Origin: an uncultured Polyangiaceae bacterium
GTDB lineage: Bacteria; Myxococcota_A; Polyangia; Polyangiales; Polyangiaceae
Reading direction: 5' to 3'
DNA: 64,000 nucleotides
NCBI GenBank assembly: GCA_938004785.1
Contig: CALKVW010000211.1
Span: 32,642-96,641 of the forward strand
Shown: piece after piece, positions 55,597-64,000 of the stretch
Layout: every line of letters starts with the position of its first letter
Position numbering within the stretch: the first letter of the stretch is position 1
The notes under the pieces: model-generated
What the model was told of the DNA's origin: nothing
The model's input: the letters and a program-made list of their open reading frames with translations, nothing else
Database searches by the model: none
Position numbers and translations under genes: made by a program

Positions 55597-57045
55597 GTGG
55601 CGATGCGGTCTCGGACCACGCGCGCGGAGCACCGCCGATCCGGCGCAACGGCGCCGCGCATCGATCGGAGCCTCGGCGTGGCCTTGCTGTCGTTGCTCGG
55701 CGGCGGCGCCTGCGGCGGGGCTCCTTCGACGGCGCCGGTGGTCGAGCTGCCCGCCGCGAGCGCCGAAGTCAGCGGAGCTCCGAGCGAGGCCGCGGCCGGG
55801 CCGCTCGCAGCCGAGGCGCTGCTCGCGCGGCTGCCACGCGGCGCCGCGGCCTACGTCGCGCTGCGCCCGTCCGACTTCGACCCTCCACTCGCGCCGCTCT
55901 TGGCGCAGGCCCTTCGCGACGGGGGCATCGGGCGACTCTTCGGAGAGGCCCGGGGCATCGGGGAGCTGCTCGAGGCGCTGCATGTCGACGCGTCGCGTCC
56001 GATCTTCTTCGCGGCCTCGGCCCCCACGCGCGGCGACGGTGCCGAGCTCATCGACATGCTCGCGACCGACACGCGGTGGGAGGAGCTCGCTCCTCGCGTG
56101 GAGGCGATGGCGCCCATCGCCTCGAGCTACCGCGTCGTCGTGCCCCTCGAGCCAGGTGTCGACGCCTCCACCGCGCTGCGCGCGATGTTCCAGCGCCTGC
56201 ACATCGAGACGACACCGTGCCCGGGCGACCGTCGCTGCGAGCGGTTCGGGCGGGAGCGCCCGAGCTTCCTCGTGGTCCGCGCGCCGTGGCTGGGCGCCGT
56301 CTTCGTCGAAGGGGCGAGCGCCGAGCTGGAGCTCGCGCGCACCCGACTGTGGAGAGCCGACCTACCGAGCACCTGGGAGCTGCTCGTGGATGCGCGGCGT
56401 ACGCCGCGTGGCGGTCCGGAGCCGGGGCGCTGCGCGGCGGAGCTCGCGAGCGCGGCGTGGCTCTGCGTCGACGCCGATCGCTTCGCAGCCCATGGGGCCG
56501 CCGAGGGCAACCTCAGCGTGGCCGACGCGCTCTCCGGCTTCGGCTTCGATCCAGGCGAGCGCGCGAGGATCGCCTCGCAAGGTCGCGACGAGATCGCGCG
56601 CATCGCGGAGCTCGCGCGCCCACGCCGGCCGCTGCTCGACGGAGTCAGCGCATCGCTCCGCTTCGACGGCGAGCGCTACACCTTCGAGGCGCGCTGGCGC
56701 ACGACCGCGCTCTCGCGCGCCGGGGTCGAGCGCGCACTCGGCACGCGCCATTGCGGCACGATCGGGGAGCCGGCGCCTTTCTACGCGGCGCTGCGCGCGG
56801 CCTTCCCGGATCCAGGCCCGGAGTTCGCCGATCCCAGCGCTTCGCGCGAGCGCCTCATGGAGGCGGGTTGGGGCGGGCAAGGGGTGGCCTTCGCGCGCAG
56901 CTGGCCGAACCTGCTCGCGCTCGCCCCCGGCGATGTGCAGACGCTCGCACGCGAGCTCGGCGTCGGCGAGGCCTGCGCGTCCTACGTGGGCGGGGAGCTG
57001 AGCCTGAGCTTGCGGGGTCGGGCGCCGTGGGGCGGCGAGCCTTGA
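55597..57045 (+). CDS. Putative lipoprotein, function unknown
   Basis: Lipobox LLSLLGGGACGG is preceded by an Arg-rich stretch, so the true start may be an internal GTG. 482 aa, Ala/Leu/Arg-rich but with Trp/Phe/Cys. Moderate confidence. Confidence 0.5.
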   Translation: MAMRSRTTRAEHRRSGATAPRIDRSLGVALLSLLGGGACGGAPSTAPVVELPAASAEVSGAPSEAAAGPLAAEALLARLPRGAAAYVALRPSDFDPPLAPLLAQALRDGGIGRLFGEARGIGELLEALHVDASRPIFFAASAPTRGDGAELIDMLATDTRWEELAPRVEAMAPIASSYRVVVPLEPGVDASTALRAMFQRLHIETTPCPGDRRCERFGRERPSFLVVRAPWLGAVFVEGASAELELARTRLWRADLPSTWELLVDARRTPRGGPEPGRCAAELASAAWLCVDADRFAAHGAAEGNLSVADALSGFGFDPGERARIASQGRDEIARIAELARPRRPLLDGVSASLRFDGERYTFEARWRTTALSRAGVERALGTRHCGTIGEPAPFYAALRAAFPDPGPEFADPSASRERLMEAGWGGQGVAFARSWPNLLALAPGDVQTLARELGVGEACASYVGGELSLSLRGRAPWGGEP

Positions 57046-57899
57046 GCCTGGGACCGACACGCGACTCGGCGTGGTTGCGGCGCCTCGCTCACCTCGGAGC
57101 GGCGCGTGGACCCGCGTGGCTCTTGCGCTACAGCCCGCCAGTCGTGGGGCTCGCCGCGGCCGCGCTCTCCAGGGGCGCGCGCTCCTCGGTGCAGCGCAAC
57201 CTGAGGCGGGTCCGTGGCGAAGCGCCCGTGTGGCGCGACGCGCTCGACGCCGCGCGGACCTTCACGAGCTTCGCCGGAGCGCTGGCCGAGTCTCTCGCCG
57301 CCGGCTCGAAGAACGAGCTGCCGCTCGAGCCCGTGGTCGTCGGGCGCGAGCACATGCTCCGCGAGCTCGGGGGCCCCATGATCGTGGGCACGATCCACAG
57401 CGGCGGCTGGGACGTGCTCGGGAGCGTGCTCGCGGGAGAGCTCGAGCTCGACGTGGTGCTCGTGATGGCGCCCGAGCGCGACGAGCGCGCGCGCGTCGTG
57501 CACGACGAGGCGCGCGCTCGGGTCGGCGTGCGTGTGCTCCACGTCGGGACCGACCCGCTCGACGCACTCCCGCTGGTGCGCCACCTGCGCTCTCGGGGTG
57601 TGGTCGCGATGCAGCTGGATCGCTCCCCTCCGGGGATGCGCGCCATCCCCGTGCGCCTCTTCGACGGTGAAGGCGCGATCCCAGCGGGGCCCTTCGAGCT
57701 CGCGCGGCTCACGGGCGCGCCGATCGTCAACGTGTTCTGCGCGCGCCTCGGGTTCAGGCGTTACCTCGTCGAGATCCACCCGGCCATTCGTCTCGCGCGC
57801 AATGCGACGCCCGAGGACGCCGCGCGCGCCGCCCAAGAGGTCGCCGACCGGATCACACGCTTCTTGCGCGCGCATCCATCGCAATGGTTCAACTTCTGA
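57042..57899 (+). CDS. Lysophospholipid/lipid A-type acyltransferase (LpxL/HtrB-like, LPLAT superfamily)
   Basis: TTG start overlapping the upstream stop (TTGA). Catalytic HX4D-type region GTIHSGGWD. Typical LpxL-family C-terminus. Confidence 0.75.
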   Translation: MSLGPTRDSAWLRRLAHLGAARGPAWLLRYSPPVVGLAAAALSRGARSSVQRNLRRVRGEAPVWRDALDAARTFTSFAGALAESLAAGSKNELPLEPVVVGREHMLRELGGPMIVGTIHSGGWDVLGSVLAGELELDVVLVMAPERDERARVVHDEARARVGVRVLHVGTDPLDALPLVRHLRSRGVVAMQLDRSPPGMRAIPVRLFDGEGAIPAGPFELARLTGAPIVNVFCARLGFRRYLVEIHPAIRLARNATPEDAARAAQEVADRITRFLRAHPSQWFNF

Positions 57900-57933
57900 G
57901 AGGTGCGCGCGGCCGTCATACGCGCCGCAGCCA

Positions 57934-59304
57934 TCAATCGGCGGCGACCGGCGCGCTCGAGAGGCGGCGCGCCCTCGCGAGGTGGACCCAGGCCGGCCCA
58001 CGCAGCCGCCGCGCGCCGACGATCTTGCGCACCTTCGTCCCGAAACGGATGCCGAGCTCGGGCACGATCCACCCCGGCTGCCTGGGGGCCTCACGCCGCA
58101 GGAGCTCGAGCAGCGCGGCGCGGTGCGGCGCACCTTCGCCGTCGAGCTCCTCGCGGTCCTCCATGAAGACGACGAAGACCGCGATGTCGGGGTCGAGCTC
58201 GCGCACGAAGGCGAGCGTCTCGGCCGCCTCCTCCGGGGTCTCGCCTTCGGCGCCGAGCACGAAGGTGTGCGCGTCGGCGATGCCGTGCCGCGCGAAGGAG
58301 GCGCGCACACGCCGGACGTCGTCGATCGTGAAGGGTTTGTTCAGGCGCTCGAGCACGCGCGGTGTGCCGGAGTCCGTGCCGATCTCGGCGCCGATGCAGC
58401 CCGCGCGCGCCATCGCGGCGACGAGCTCGTCGTCGAGCGATGCCGGCGTCACGTAGCAGACCCAGGGCAAGGGCGAGCCGCGCCGCTCGAGCGCCTCGCA
58501 CACCGCGAGGGCGTGCGCGCGCGGCACGTTGAACACGCTGTCGACGATGAAGACTGCATCGAGGCCCGGCACACGCGCGCGCTCGGCGATCTCCTCGGCG
58601 ACCAGCTCGGGCGCGCGCATCCGGACCTTGCGGCCTTCGAGGTCGGGGTAGTCGCAGTAGGTGCACGAGAACGCGCAGCCTCGTTTGGTCTGCACGCCGT
58701 CGGTGCCCTCGTGCTCGAAGTAGCGAGGGTCGATGAGATCGCGCGCCGGCGGCGGGAGCGCGTCGAGCTCGGCGGCCGGCACCGGCGGGACCGAGGTGGC
58801 GGGCGCCTCACCTCGGCGCGTCGCGATCTGCACGAGGCGCCGATCGGCGACCGAAGAGCGATGGATCGGATCCGCCCGTTCCCCTCGCGCGAGCGCGTCG
58901 ACCAGCGCGCGGAAGGCGTGCTCGCCCTCGCCGACCACCGCGTGATCCGCGCCGAGCCTCGCGAGCAATTCGTGGGGGCGGAGCGTGAGCGCCGAGCCGC
59001 CGAGCACGAGCGGTGCGCTCGTCGCGGCCTTGATCGCGCGCGCGAGCTCTTCGTAGTAGGCGAGCAGCCGCTCCGACGAGGCGTAGGCGTTGTCGTGCAG
59101 GTTGCGCAGGCCGAGGCCGACCACGTCGGGTTTCTCGCGCGCGATCGCCTCGCGCACGGCCGCGATCGGATCGGGCTCGAAGCAGAGGTCGGCGACGGCG
59201 ACGTCGTGGGTGCCACGGAGCGCACCTGCGATGCAGAGCACGCCGAGAGGCACGACCGGCGCGGGGAAGTGCTCGCGGTTCGCGCTGACGAGGAGGACTC
59301 GCAC
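57934..59304 (-). CDS. B12-binding domain radical SAM protein
   Basis: N-terminal cobalamin-binding Rossmann-like domain (MRVLLVSANREH...). Radical SAM CxxxCxxC motif CAFSCTYCDYP. 456 aa. Confidence 0.85.
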   Translation of the reverse strand: MRVLLVSANREHFPAPVVPLGVLCIAGALRGTHDVAVADLCFEPDPIAAVREAIAREKPDVVGLGLRNLHDNAYASSERLLAYYEELARAIKAATSAPLVLGGSALTLRPHELLARLGADHAVVGEGEHAFRALVDALARGERADPIHRSSVADRRLVQIATRRGEAPATSVPPVPAAELDALPPPARDLIDPRYFEHEGTDGVQTKRGCAFSCTYCDYPDLEGRKVRMRAPELVAEEIAERARVPGLDAVFIVDSVFNVPRAHALAVCEALERRGSPLPWVCYVTPASLDDELVAAMARAGCIGAEIGTDSGTPRVLERLNKPFTIDDVRRVRASFARHGIADAHTFVLGAEGETPEEAAETLAFVRELDPDIAVFVVFMEDREELDGEGAPHRAALLELLRREAPRQPGWIVPELGIRFGTKVRKIVGARRLRGPAWVHLARARRLSSAPVAAD

Positions 59305-59421
59305 GGGCGCTAGCCTAGCGAAGGACTAGGGGAAGTCCCGCGCGGAACGGCAGCGCGCGCCGCGACGACCCAACCCGTATTCGCTCGGCGGCCCCTTGAT
59401 CGACTACGCTCCGCCCCCGTC

Positions 59422-62340
59422 ATGGCGAAGCTCCCTCGCATCCTTCGTCGCCTGGCCGCGTCGACCCGCAACGCGCTCGAGCTCGCGAAGGTGGGTCGCC
59501 TCGGGCCGGCCTACGGCGCACCCTACGAGATCGTCGACCAGGGGCCTCACCACCGGCTCCGGCGCTACGCGACCTGCCAAGACGAGGCCGGTCCGCCCGT
59601 CTTGCTCGTGCCGCCGCTCATGGTGACGAGCGAGGTCTACGACATCGATCAAGACGTCTCCGCGGTGGCGGCGCTCGGTCGCGCGGGGCTCGTGCCCTTC
59701 GTGGTCGACTTCGGCGCACCCGAGCGCGAGTCGGGCGGGCTGCTGCGCACGCTCGACGATCACGTGCGCGCGGTGGTGCGATCCATCGCGCGCGTGCGCG
59801 CCATCACGGGCCGCGACACGCACCTCGCGGGCTACTCGCAGGGCGGCATGTTCGCCTACCAGGCCGCGGCCTACCTGCGCTCCGAGGGCATCCAGAGCCT
59901 CATCACCTTCGGCAGCCCGGTCGACATCCACAAGAACGTGCCCGCGATCCACGCCGAGGCGGCCGCGACGCTCGTGCGCCTCGTCGAACCGGCGGTCACC
60001 GCCGTCGTCGATCAGCTCGAGGCCTTGCCTGGCGCGCTCACGAGCACGGGCTTCAAGCTGCTCAGCACGCGCAAGGAGATCGAGCAGCGCATCGAGTTCG
60101 TGCAGAAGCTCCACGATCGCCGCGCGCTCGTGCGCCGCGAGGCGCGCAGGCGCTTCCTCGGCGGCGAGGGCTTCGTGGCCTGGCCGGGCCCTGCGCTGCG
60201 CAGCTTCGTCGACGAGTTCATCGTGCACAACCGCATGCTCTCGGGCGGCTTCGTGATCGACGGCCGCACCGTCACGCTCGCCGACATCACCTGCCCGATC
60301 CTCGCCTTCATGGGCTCGAGCGACGAGCTCGCGCGCCCCGCCGCCGTGCGCGCGATCACGCGGGCCGCGCCCGAGGCGCAGGTGAGCTTCGCGACCGTGA
60401 AGGCCGGGCACTTCGGCATCGTCGTGGGCTCGCGCGCGAGCACGATCACCTGGCCGACGGTCGCCGCGTGGTGTTTGCACCACGAGGGCCGCGGGCCCTT
60501 GCCGGAGCTCTTGCGCACGCCCGAGCGCGCGGCGCGCAGCGACGATCACGACGACGAGCCCGAGGGCGCGGGCTTCGACGTCGACGTGAACGTGGAGCTC
60601 TTCGTCGACGCGATCGCCGACTCGGTGAAGGCCGCGTGGCAGCGCCTCGGCGACGTGACCGCCAGCGCGGGCGACGCGCTCGACGGCGTGCGTTACCAGG
60701 AGCCGCGCCTGCGCGAGCTGTCGCGCATGACGCCGGACACGCTGGTGAACGCCGGCAGGTGGCTCGCGACGCGCGCGCGCGAGGCGCCCGACGCGACCTT
60801 CTTCTTGTGGCAGGGGCGCGCCTTCACCTACCGCGAGGCCGATCAGCGAGTGAGCAACGTCGTGCGTGGGCTCTGGGCGAGCCGCGTCGAGCCACGCGAT
60901 CGCGTGGGCGTCGTGATGGCTTCGCGACCGAGCCTGCTGTCGATGGTCACGGCGCTCGTGCGCCTCGGCGCGGTGCCGGTGATCGCGCCGCCCGACGCCG
61001 AGCCCAGCGCGCTCGCGCGCGCCTTCGAGCTCGAGGGCATCCGCGTCGTCGCGAGCGATCCGTCCAACGCAGCGGCGGTGAGGTCTTGGTTCGACGGCGA
61101 GGTGCTGGTGCTCGGCGGCGGCGGCGGCGCGCGTGATCTGGGCCCTGGGCTCGTCGATCTCGAGGCGATCGATCCCGCGCTCGTCGAGCTGCCTCGCGAG
61201 CTCGTGCTCGACGGCGGCTGTGCGCGCGATCTCGGCCTCGTGCTCCTGCGCCCGAGCGAAGCGGGCGAGCTGCGCGCGGCGCCCGTCACGCACCACCGCT
61301 GGGCGCTCTCGGCGCTCGGCGCCGCGGCGGCCTGCACGCTCACGCCCGACGACACGGTCTACTGCTGCATCCCGCTGCACCACCCGGCCGGCATCCTCGT
61401 GAGCGTCGGCGCCGCGCTCGCGGGCAGCGCGCGCCTCGCGCTGGGCTCGCCCTTCTCGGTGAAGAGCTTCCACGCCGAGGTGCGGCGCTACGGCGCCTCG
61501 GTCGTGTTCTACGCCGGAGAGATGCTGCGTCCGCTCCTCCACGAGCGGCCCGGGCGCGGCGATCGCGCGCTCCCGGTGCGGCTCTTCGCGGGCAGCGGCA
61601 TGCGCGCCGAGCTCGCAGAGCGGCTGCGCGAGCGCTTCGGCGTGGGCGTCATGGAGTTCTACGCCTCGACGTCGCAGCGCGTGATCCTCGCGAACGCCTC
61701 GGGCGAGAAGCCCGGCGCGCTCGGGCGCATCTTGCCCGGCAGCACCGAGATCGCGGTCGTGAAGTGCGATCTCGCGACGGGCGCGCTCCTGCGCGACGTC
61801 GACGGTCACCTCGTGCGCGCCTTGCCAGGCGACGCCGGGCTGCTCGCGGCGCGCCTCGACGCACACGAGGAGGGCGCCTTCGACAGCCACGTGATCGTCG
61901 GCGCCTTCGGCGAGCGCGATCGCTGGTACGTCTCTCGCGACGTGGTGCGCCAGGATCGCGACGGCGATCACTGGTACGTCGACGCGCTCTCGGGCTTCGT
62001 GGCGACGCGTGGCGGTCCGGTGTCGACGCGCGCGGTCGAAGAGGCGCTCTACGGCCTGCCGGAGGTCGAGGGCGCCGTGGCCTGGGCCGAAGAGCAAGGT
62101 GAGGAGCGGGTGATCGCGGCCGCGGTGAGCTCGCGCGAGCTCGTCGGCGCCGAGCGTCTGAGCCGCGCGCTCGCCGAGCTCGAGCCGTACGCGCGCCCCG
62201 TGCGCGTCGCACAGATCGAGCTCATCCCACAGACCGAAGGCTTCCGCCCGAAGCGGGGCGAAGCCGAGCGCCTCGCCCAGAGCTCGGTGCGCGTCTTCGC
62301 GATCGACCGAAGGCTCGAGCGCTACGAGAAGCGCGACTGA
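59422..62340 (+). CDS. Fusion protein: N-terminal PhaC-like alpha/beta hydrolase (Ser nucleophile) + C-terminal acyl-AMP/acyl-CoA ligase (ANL superfamily)
   Basis: N-terminus: PPVLLVPPLMVTSEVYDIDQDVS...GLVPFVVDFGAP and elbow GYSQGG, resembling the PHA-synthase/DUF3141-type hydrolase core with Ser in place of Cys. C-terminus: ANL motifs FYAGEM, EFYASTSQ, a GD motif, and C-terminal RPKRGEAE (Lys/Arg of A10). Confidence 0.8.
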   Translation: MAKLPRILRRLAASTRNALELAKVGRLGPAYGAPYEIVDQGPHHRLRRYATCQDEAGPPVLLVPPLMVTSEVYDIDQDVSAVAALGRAGLVPFVVDFGAPERESGGLLRTLDDHVRAVVRSIARVRAITGRDTHLAGYSQGGMFAYQAAAYLRSEGIQSLITFGSPVDIHKNVPAIHAEAAATLVRLVEPAVTAVVDQLEALPGALTSTGFKLLSTRKEIEQRIEFVQKLHDRRALVRREARRRFLGGEGFVAWPGPALRSFVDEFIVHNRMLSGGFVIDGRTVTLADITCPILAFMGSSDELARPAAVRAITRAAPEAQVSFATVKAGHFGIVVGSRASTITWPTVAAWCLHHEGRGPLPELLRTPERAARSDDHDDEPEGAGFDVDVNVELFVDAIADSVKAAWQRLGDVTASAGDALDGVRYQEPRLRELSRMTPDTLVNAGRWLATRAREAPDATFFLWQGRAFTYREADQRVSNVVRGLWASRVEPRDRVGVVMASRPSLLSMVTALVRLGAVPVIAPPDAEPSALARAFELEGIRVVASDPSNAAAVRSWFDGEVLVLGGGGGARDLGPGLVDLEAIDPALVELPRELVLDGGCARDLGLVLLRPSEAGELRAAPVTHHRWALSALGAAAACTLTPDDTVYCCIPLHHPAGILVSVGAALAGSARLALGSPFSVKSFHAEVRRYGASVVFYAGEMLRPLLHERPGRGDRALPVRLFAGSGMRAELAERLRERFGVGVMEFYASTSQRVILANASGEKPGALGRILPGSTEIAVVKCDLATGALLRDVDGHLVRALPGDAGLLAARLDAHEEGAFDSHVIVGAFGERDRWYVSRDVVRQDRDGDHWYVDALSGFVATRGGPVSTRAVEEALYGLPEVEGAVAWAEEQGEERVIAAAVSSRELVGAERLSRALAELEPYARPVRVAQIELIPQTEGFRPKRGEAERLAQSSVRVFAIDRRLERYEKRD

Positions 62341-62374
62341 GGCCCGCGAGCGCAGCTTCGGCTCGGGCCTCCGC

Positions 62375-62857
62375 TCAGGGCGCGAAGGCCCCCATCGAGA
62401 CACCGACCACGATCATGACGACGTAGATCATGACCACGATCACGCTCAGACCGACGTTGATCGCGGAGACCCAGAACGCCGCCTGGGCCATGCTGCGCGT
62501 CGCTTCGTTGGCCTCGCCGCGCGAATGCGCGCTGATCTCGCCGCGCGCCAGGAAGAGCGCCGGCAAGCTCGTGAAGCAGCCGCACATGACCCACGACGCG
62601 ATCGCCATGACCAGCGCCGCGACCGCGGTGCCGCTGGCGCTCCCGCTCGCGCCGGGTCCGTAGCCCGGCGGCGGCGCGGGGGGACCGCCGTAGCCGCCGC
62701 CCCAGCCGGGCTGGCCGCCGGGCCCGGTGCCCGCCGGTGGAGGCGCCCAGCCGCCGGGCGCGCCGCCCGGAGGCTGCTGCCAGCCGCCACCACCGGGCTG
62801 CTGCCAGCCGCCTCCGCCTCCGCCAGGGGGAGGACCCCAGCCACCCGGGTTGTTCAT
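62375..62857 (-). CDS. DUF4190-like small membrane protein with Gly/Pro/Trp/Gln-rich repeat N-terminus
   Basis: Internal start MNNPGGWGPPPGGGGGGWQQPGGGGWQQPPGG. The C-terminus has two TM helices with a CGC motif (AIASWVMCGCFTSLPALFLARGEI). Upstream ORF residues are Arg-rich junk. Confidence 0.6.
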   Translation of the reverse strand: MNNPGGWGPPPGGGGGGWQQPGGGGWQQPPGGAPGGWAPPPAGTGPGGQPGWGGGYGGPPAPPPGYGPGASGSASGTAVAALVMAIASWVMCGCFTSLPALFLARGEISAHSRGEANEATRSMAQAAFWVSAINVGLSVIVVMIYVVMIVVGVSMGAFAP

Positions 62858-62948
62858 GCCCACGCCGAGCAGGCTAGCGAGCGCGACCGGTGCGGTCAAA
62901 GCGAGGCGCGGCGCGACACACACGCTCCTCGCGCCACGCGCGCGACGC

Positions 62949-63449
62949 TCAGGGGCAGCCCGACGGCACGATCGGCGACGACACGGCCGTGGTCGAGCCG
63001 CCTCGGAGGGAGTCGTCGACCACGCCCGAGAACACCACCGAGCCTGCACAGATGCGGTCGACGAGCGCCGCGTCGAGCAGATCCGCGCCCATGTCGATCG
63101 AGAGCTCGACGGTGACCGTCGTGTCGGGGTCGACGTCGACCGGCGCCGCGACGCTCGCCGAGAGCGGCAACGACGCGATGAGCGTCTCGCTCTGGTCGGC
63201 GTTCATCAAGGAGAAGCTCCCGTAGCTCACCTCGGAAGGACCGCTCGCGCGCGCAGAGAGGTGCAGCGAGAGCGTGAAGCCGCCCGACAGCGCGACGCCG
63301 AGCGTCTGGGGCTCGATCGCAACCGAACCGGCGGGGATCTCGGCGTCGACGAAGACCGCGGCGTCGGTGTTGGGGCAGCCGGAGGCAGAGAGCGCGACGA
63401 GCGCCGCCGCGGCGTGGAGGTGGAGAGCGCGCTGTAGACGGCGGAGCAT
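62949..63449 (-). CDS. Lipoprotein, function unknown
   Basis: Start MLRRLQRALHLHAAAALVALSASGCP (lipobox). Ser/Val/Asp-rich beta-like sequence. Confidence 0.5.
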   Translation of the reverse strand: MLRRLQRALHLHAAAALVALSASGCPNTDAAVFVDAEIPAGSVAIEPQTLGVALSGGFTLSLHLSARASGPSEVSYGSFSLMNADQSETLIASLPLSASVAAPVDVDPDTTVTVELSIDMGADLLDAALVDRICAGSVVFSGVVDDSLRGGSTTAVSSPIVPSGCP

Positions 63450-63497
63450 GCGCGAGAGCGTACAGCGCAAGCTCGGCGCGCTGTAGCATCGCTGGCG

Positions 63498-64000
63498 ATG
63501 TCTCCAAGTCTCGGCGCCACGTCTCGCCTGGTCGCGCTCGGCTGCTGCGTGCTGACGGGCTGCTTTCTCGACCTCCGGGGGACCGCCGGCGCAGGCGGCG
63601 AGGCGGCCACCGGTGGCGGCGGCGCAGGCGGCGCGGGCGGCGGCGCGATCTGCGGCGACGGTGTCATCGAGGGCGGCGAGGACTGCGAGGGCGCGGACCT
63701 CGGCCAGGCCACCTGCAGGACGCAGGGCTTCGACGAGGGCACGCTCGCCTGTAGCCCCAGCTGCACCTTCGACACGAGCGCCTGCGCCCTCGAGCTCTGT
63801 GGCAACGGCGAAATCGACCCACCCGAGGACTGCGACGGCAGCGCGCTCGGCGGCGCGAGCTGCGAGTCGCGGGGCTACCTGCCTGGTGGAACGCTGGCGT
63901 GCGGCGCCGATTGCAGCTTCGACGATACGGGCTGCGTGCTCGGCTACACGACCAACTTCGAGGGTGGCATGCCTGCGGCCTTCGTGCAGACGGGCAACCT
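63498..64000 (+). CDS. Lipoprotein with myxococcus-type cysteine-rich repeats (5' part; continues past window end; not in ORF track)
   Basis: Hand-translated: MSPSLGATSRLVALGCCVLTGC... Repeats of CGDGVIEGGEDCEGADLGQATC...GTLACSPSCTFDTSAC and CGNGEIDPPEDCDGSALGGASC...LACGADCSFDDTGC. Confidence 0.6.
   Translation, partial: MSPSLGATSRLVALGCCVLTGCFLDLRGTAGAGGEAATGGGGAGGAGGGAICGDGVIEGGEDCEGADLGQATCRTQGFDEGTLACSPSCTFDTSACALELCGNGEIDPPEDCDGSALGGASCESRGYLPGGTLACGADCSFDDTGCVLGYTTNFEGGMPAAFVQTGN

Noticed and set aside
59404-62403. 999-aa minus ORF antisense to the hydrolase-ligase fusion gene
   Set aside because: It is the longest ORF in the window but pure Arg/Ala/Glu/Gly low complexity. The plus frame carries complete ANL and alpha/beta-hydrolase motifs.
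1-64000. Search for tRNA/rRNA genes, CRISPR arrays, transposases/integrases and prophage structural genes
   Set aside because: None of the following was seen: cloverleaf-like conserved tRNA motifs, rRNA-like conserved blocks, regularly spaced direct repeats with unique spacers, or DDE/tyrosine-recombinase motifs. The only tandem repeat is the 22-bp triplet at 23741..23806.

Overview
This is a 64 kb, very GC-rich (~70%) bacterial chromosome segment, most plausibly from Myxococcota (Polyangia/Sorangiineae-like). Supporting hallmarks are a myxococcus-type cysteine-rich repeat protein, many lipoproteins with Gly/Thr-rich linkers, two FGE-sulfatase-domain proteins, a Hanks Ser/Thr kinase and a collagen-like lipoprotein. 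Because of the GC content all six frames carry long ORFs, so I chose frames by amino-acid composition. Arg/Ala/Pro-rich low-complexity 'proteins' were treated as antisense or out-of-frame artefacts, and family signature motifs were read directly from the translations. The window is gene-dense, with about 58 CDS. I found no rRNA, tRNA, CRISPR array, transposase or integrase.

The main points of interest are:
- The left edge (1-4240, minus strand) holds an orphan T6SS spike module: a JAB/MPN metalloprotease, a GH24-like lysozyme-like candidate effector, VgrG, and an SMC/RecF-like P-loop ATPase that is truncated by the window and absent from the supplied ORF track.
- A standalone SIR2-like (SIR2_2-type) protein is co-oriented with a CheY-like receiver, a prepilin peptidase and two small proteins (27696-31354).
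- A lipid-type cluster at the right end combines an LpxL-like acyltransferase, a B12-binding radical SAM enzyme, and a PhaC-like alpha/beta hydrolase fused to an acyl-AMP ligase (57042-62340).
- A 22-bp unit is triplicated at the 3' end of an aconitase-family gene.
- There is a probable frameshifted outer-membrane beta-barrel gene.
- There are two distant paralogous lipoproteins with a Cys-rich N-terminus and a ferritin-like C-terminus.
- The rest is metabolism and envelope housekeeping: PMM/PGM, PrmC, enoyl-CoA hydratase, acyl-CoA synthetase, quinone oxidoreductase, PiT, Usp, CaCA antiporter and flotillin.
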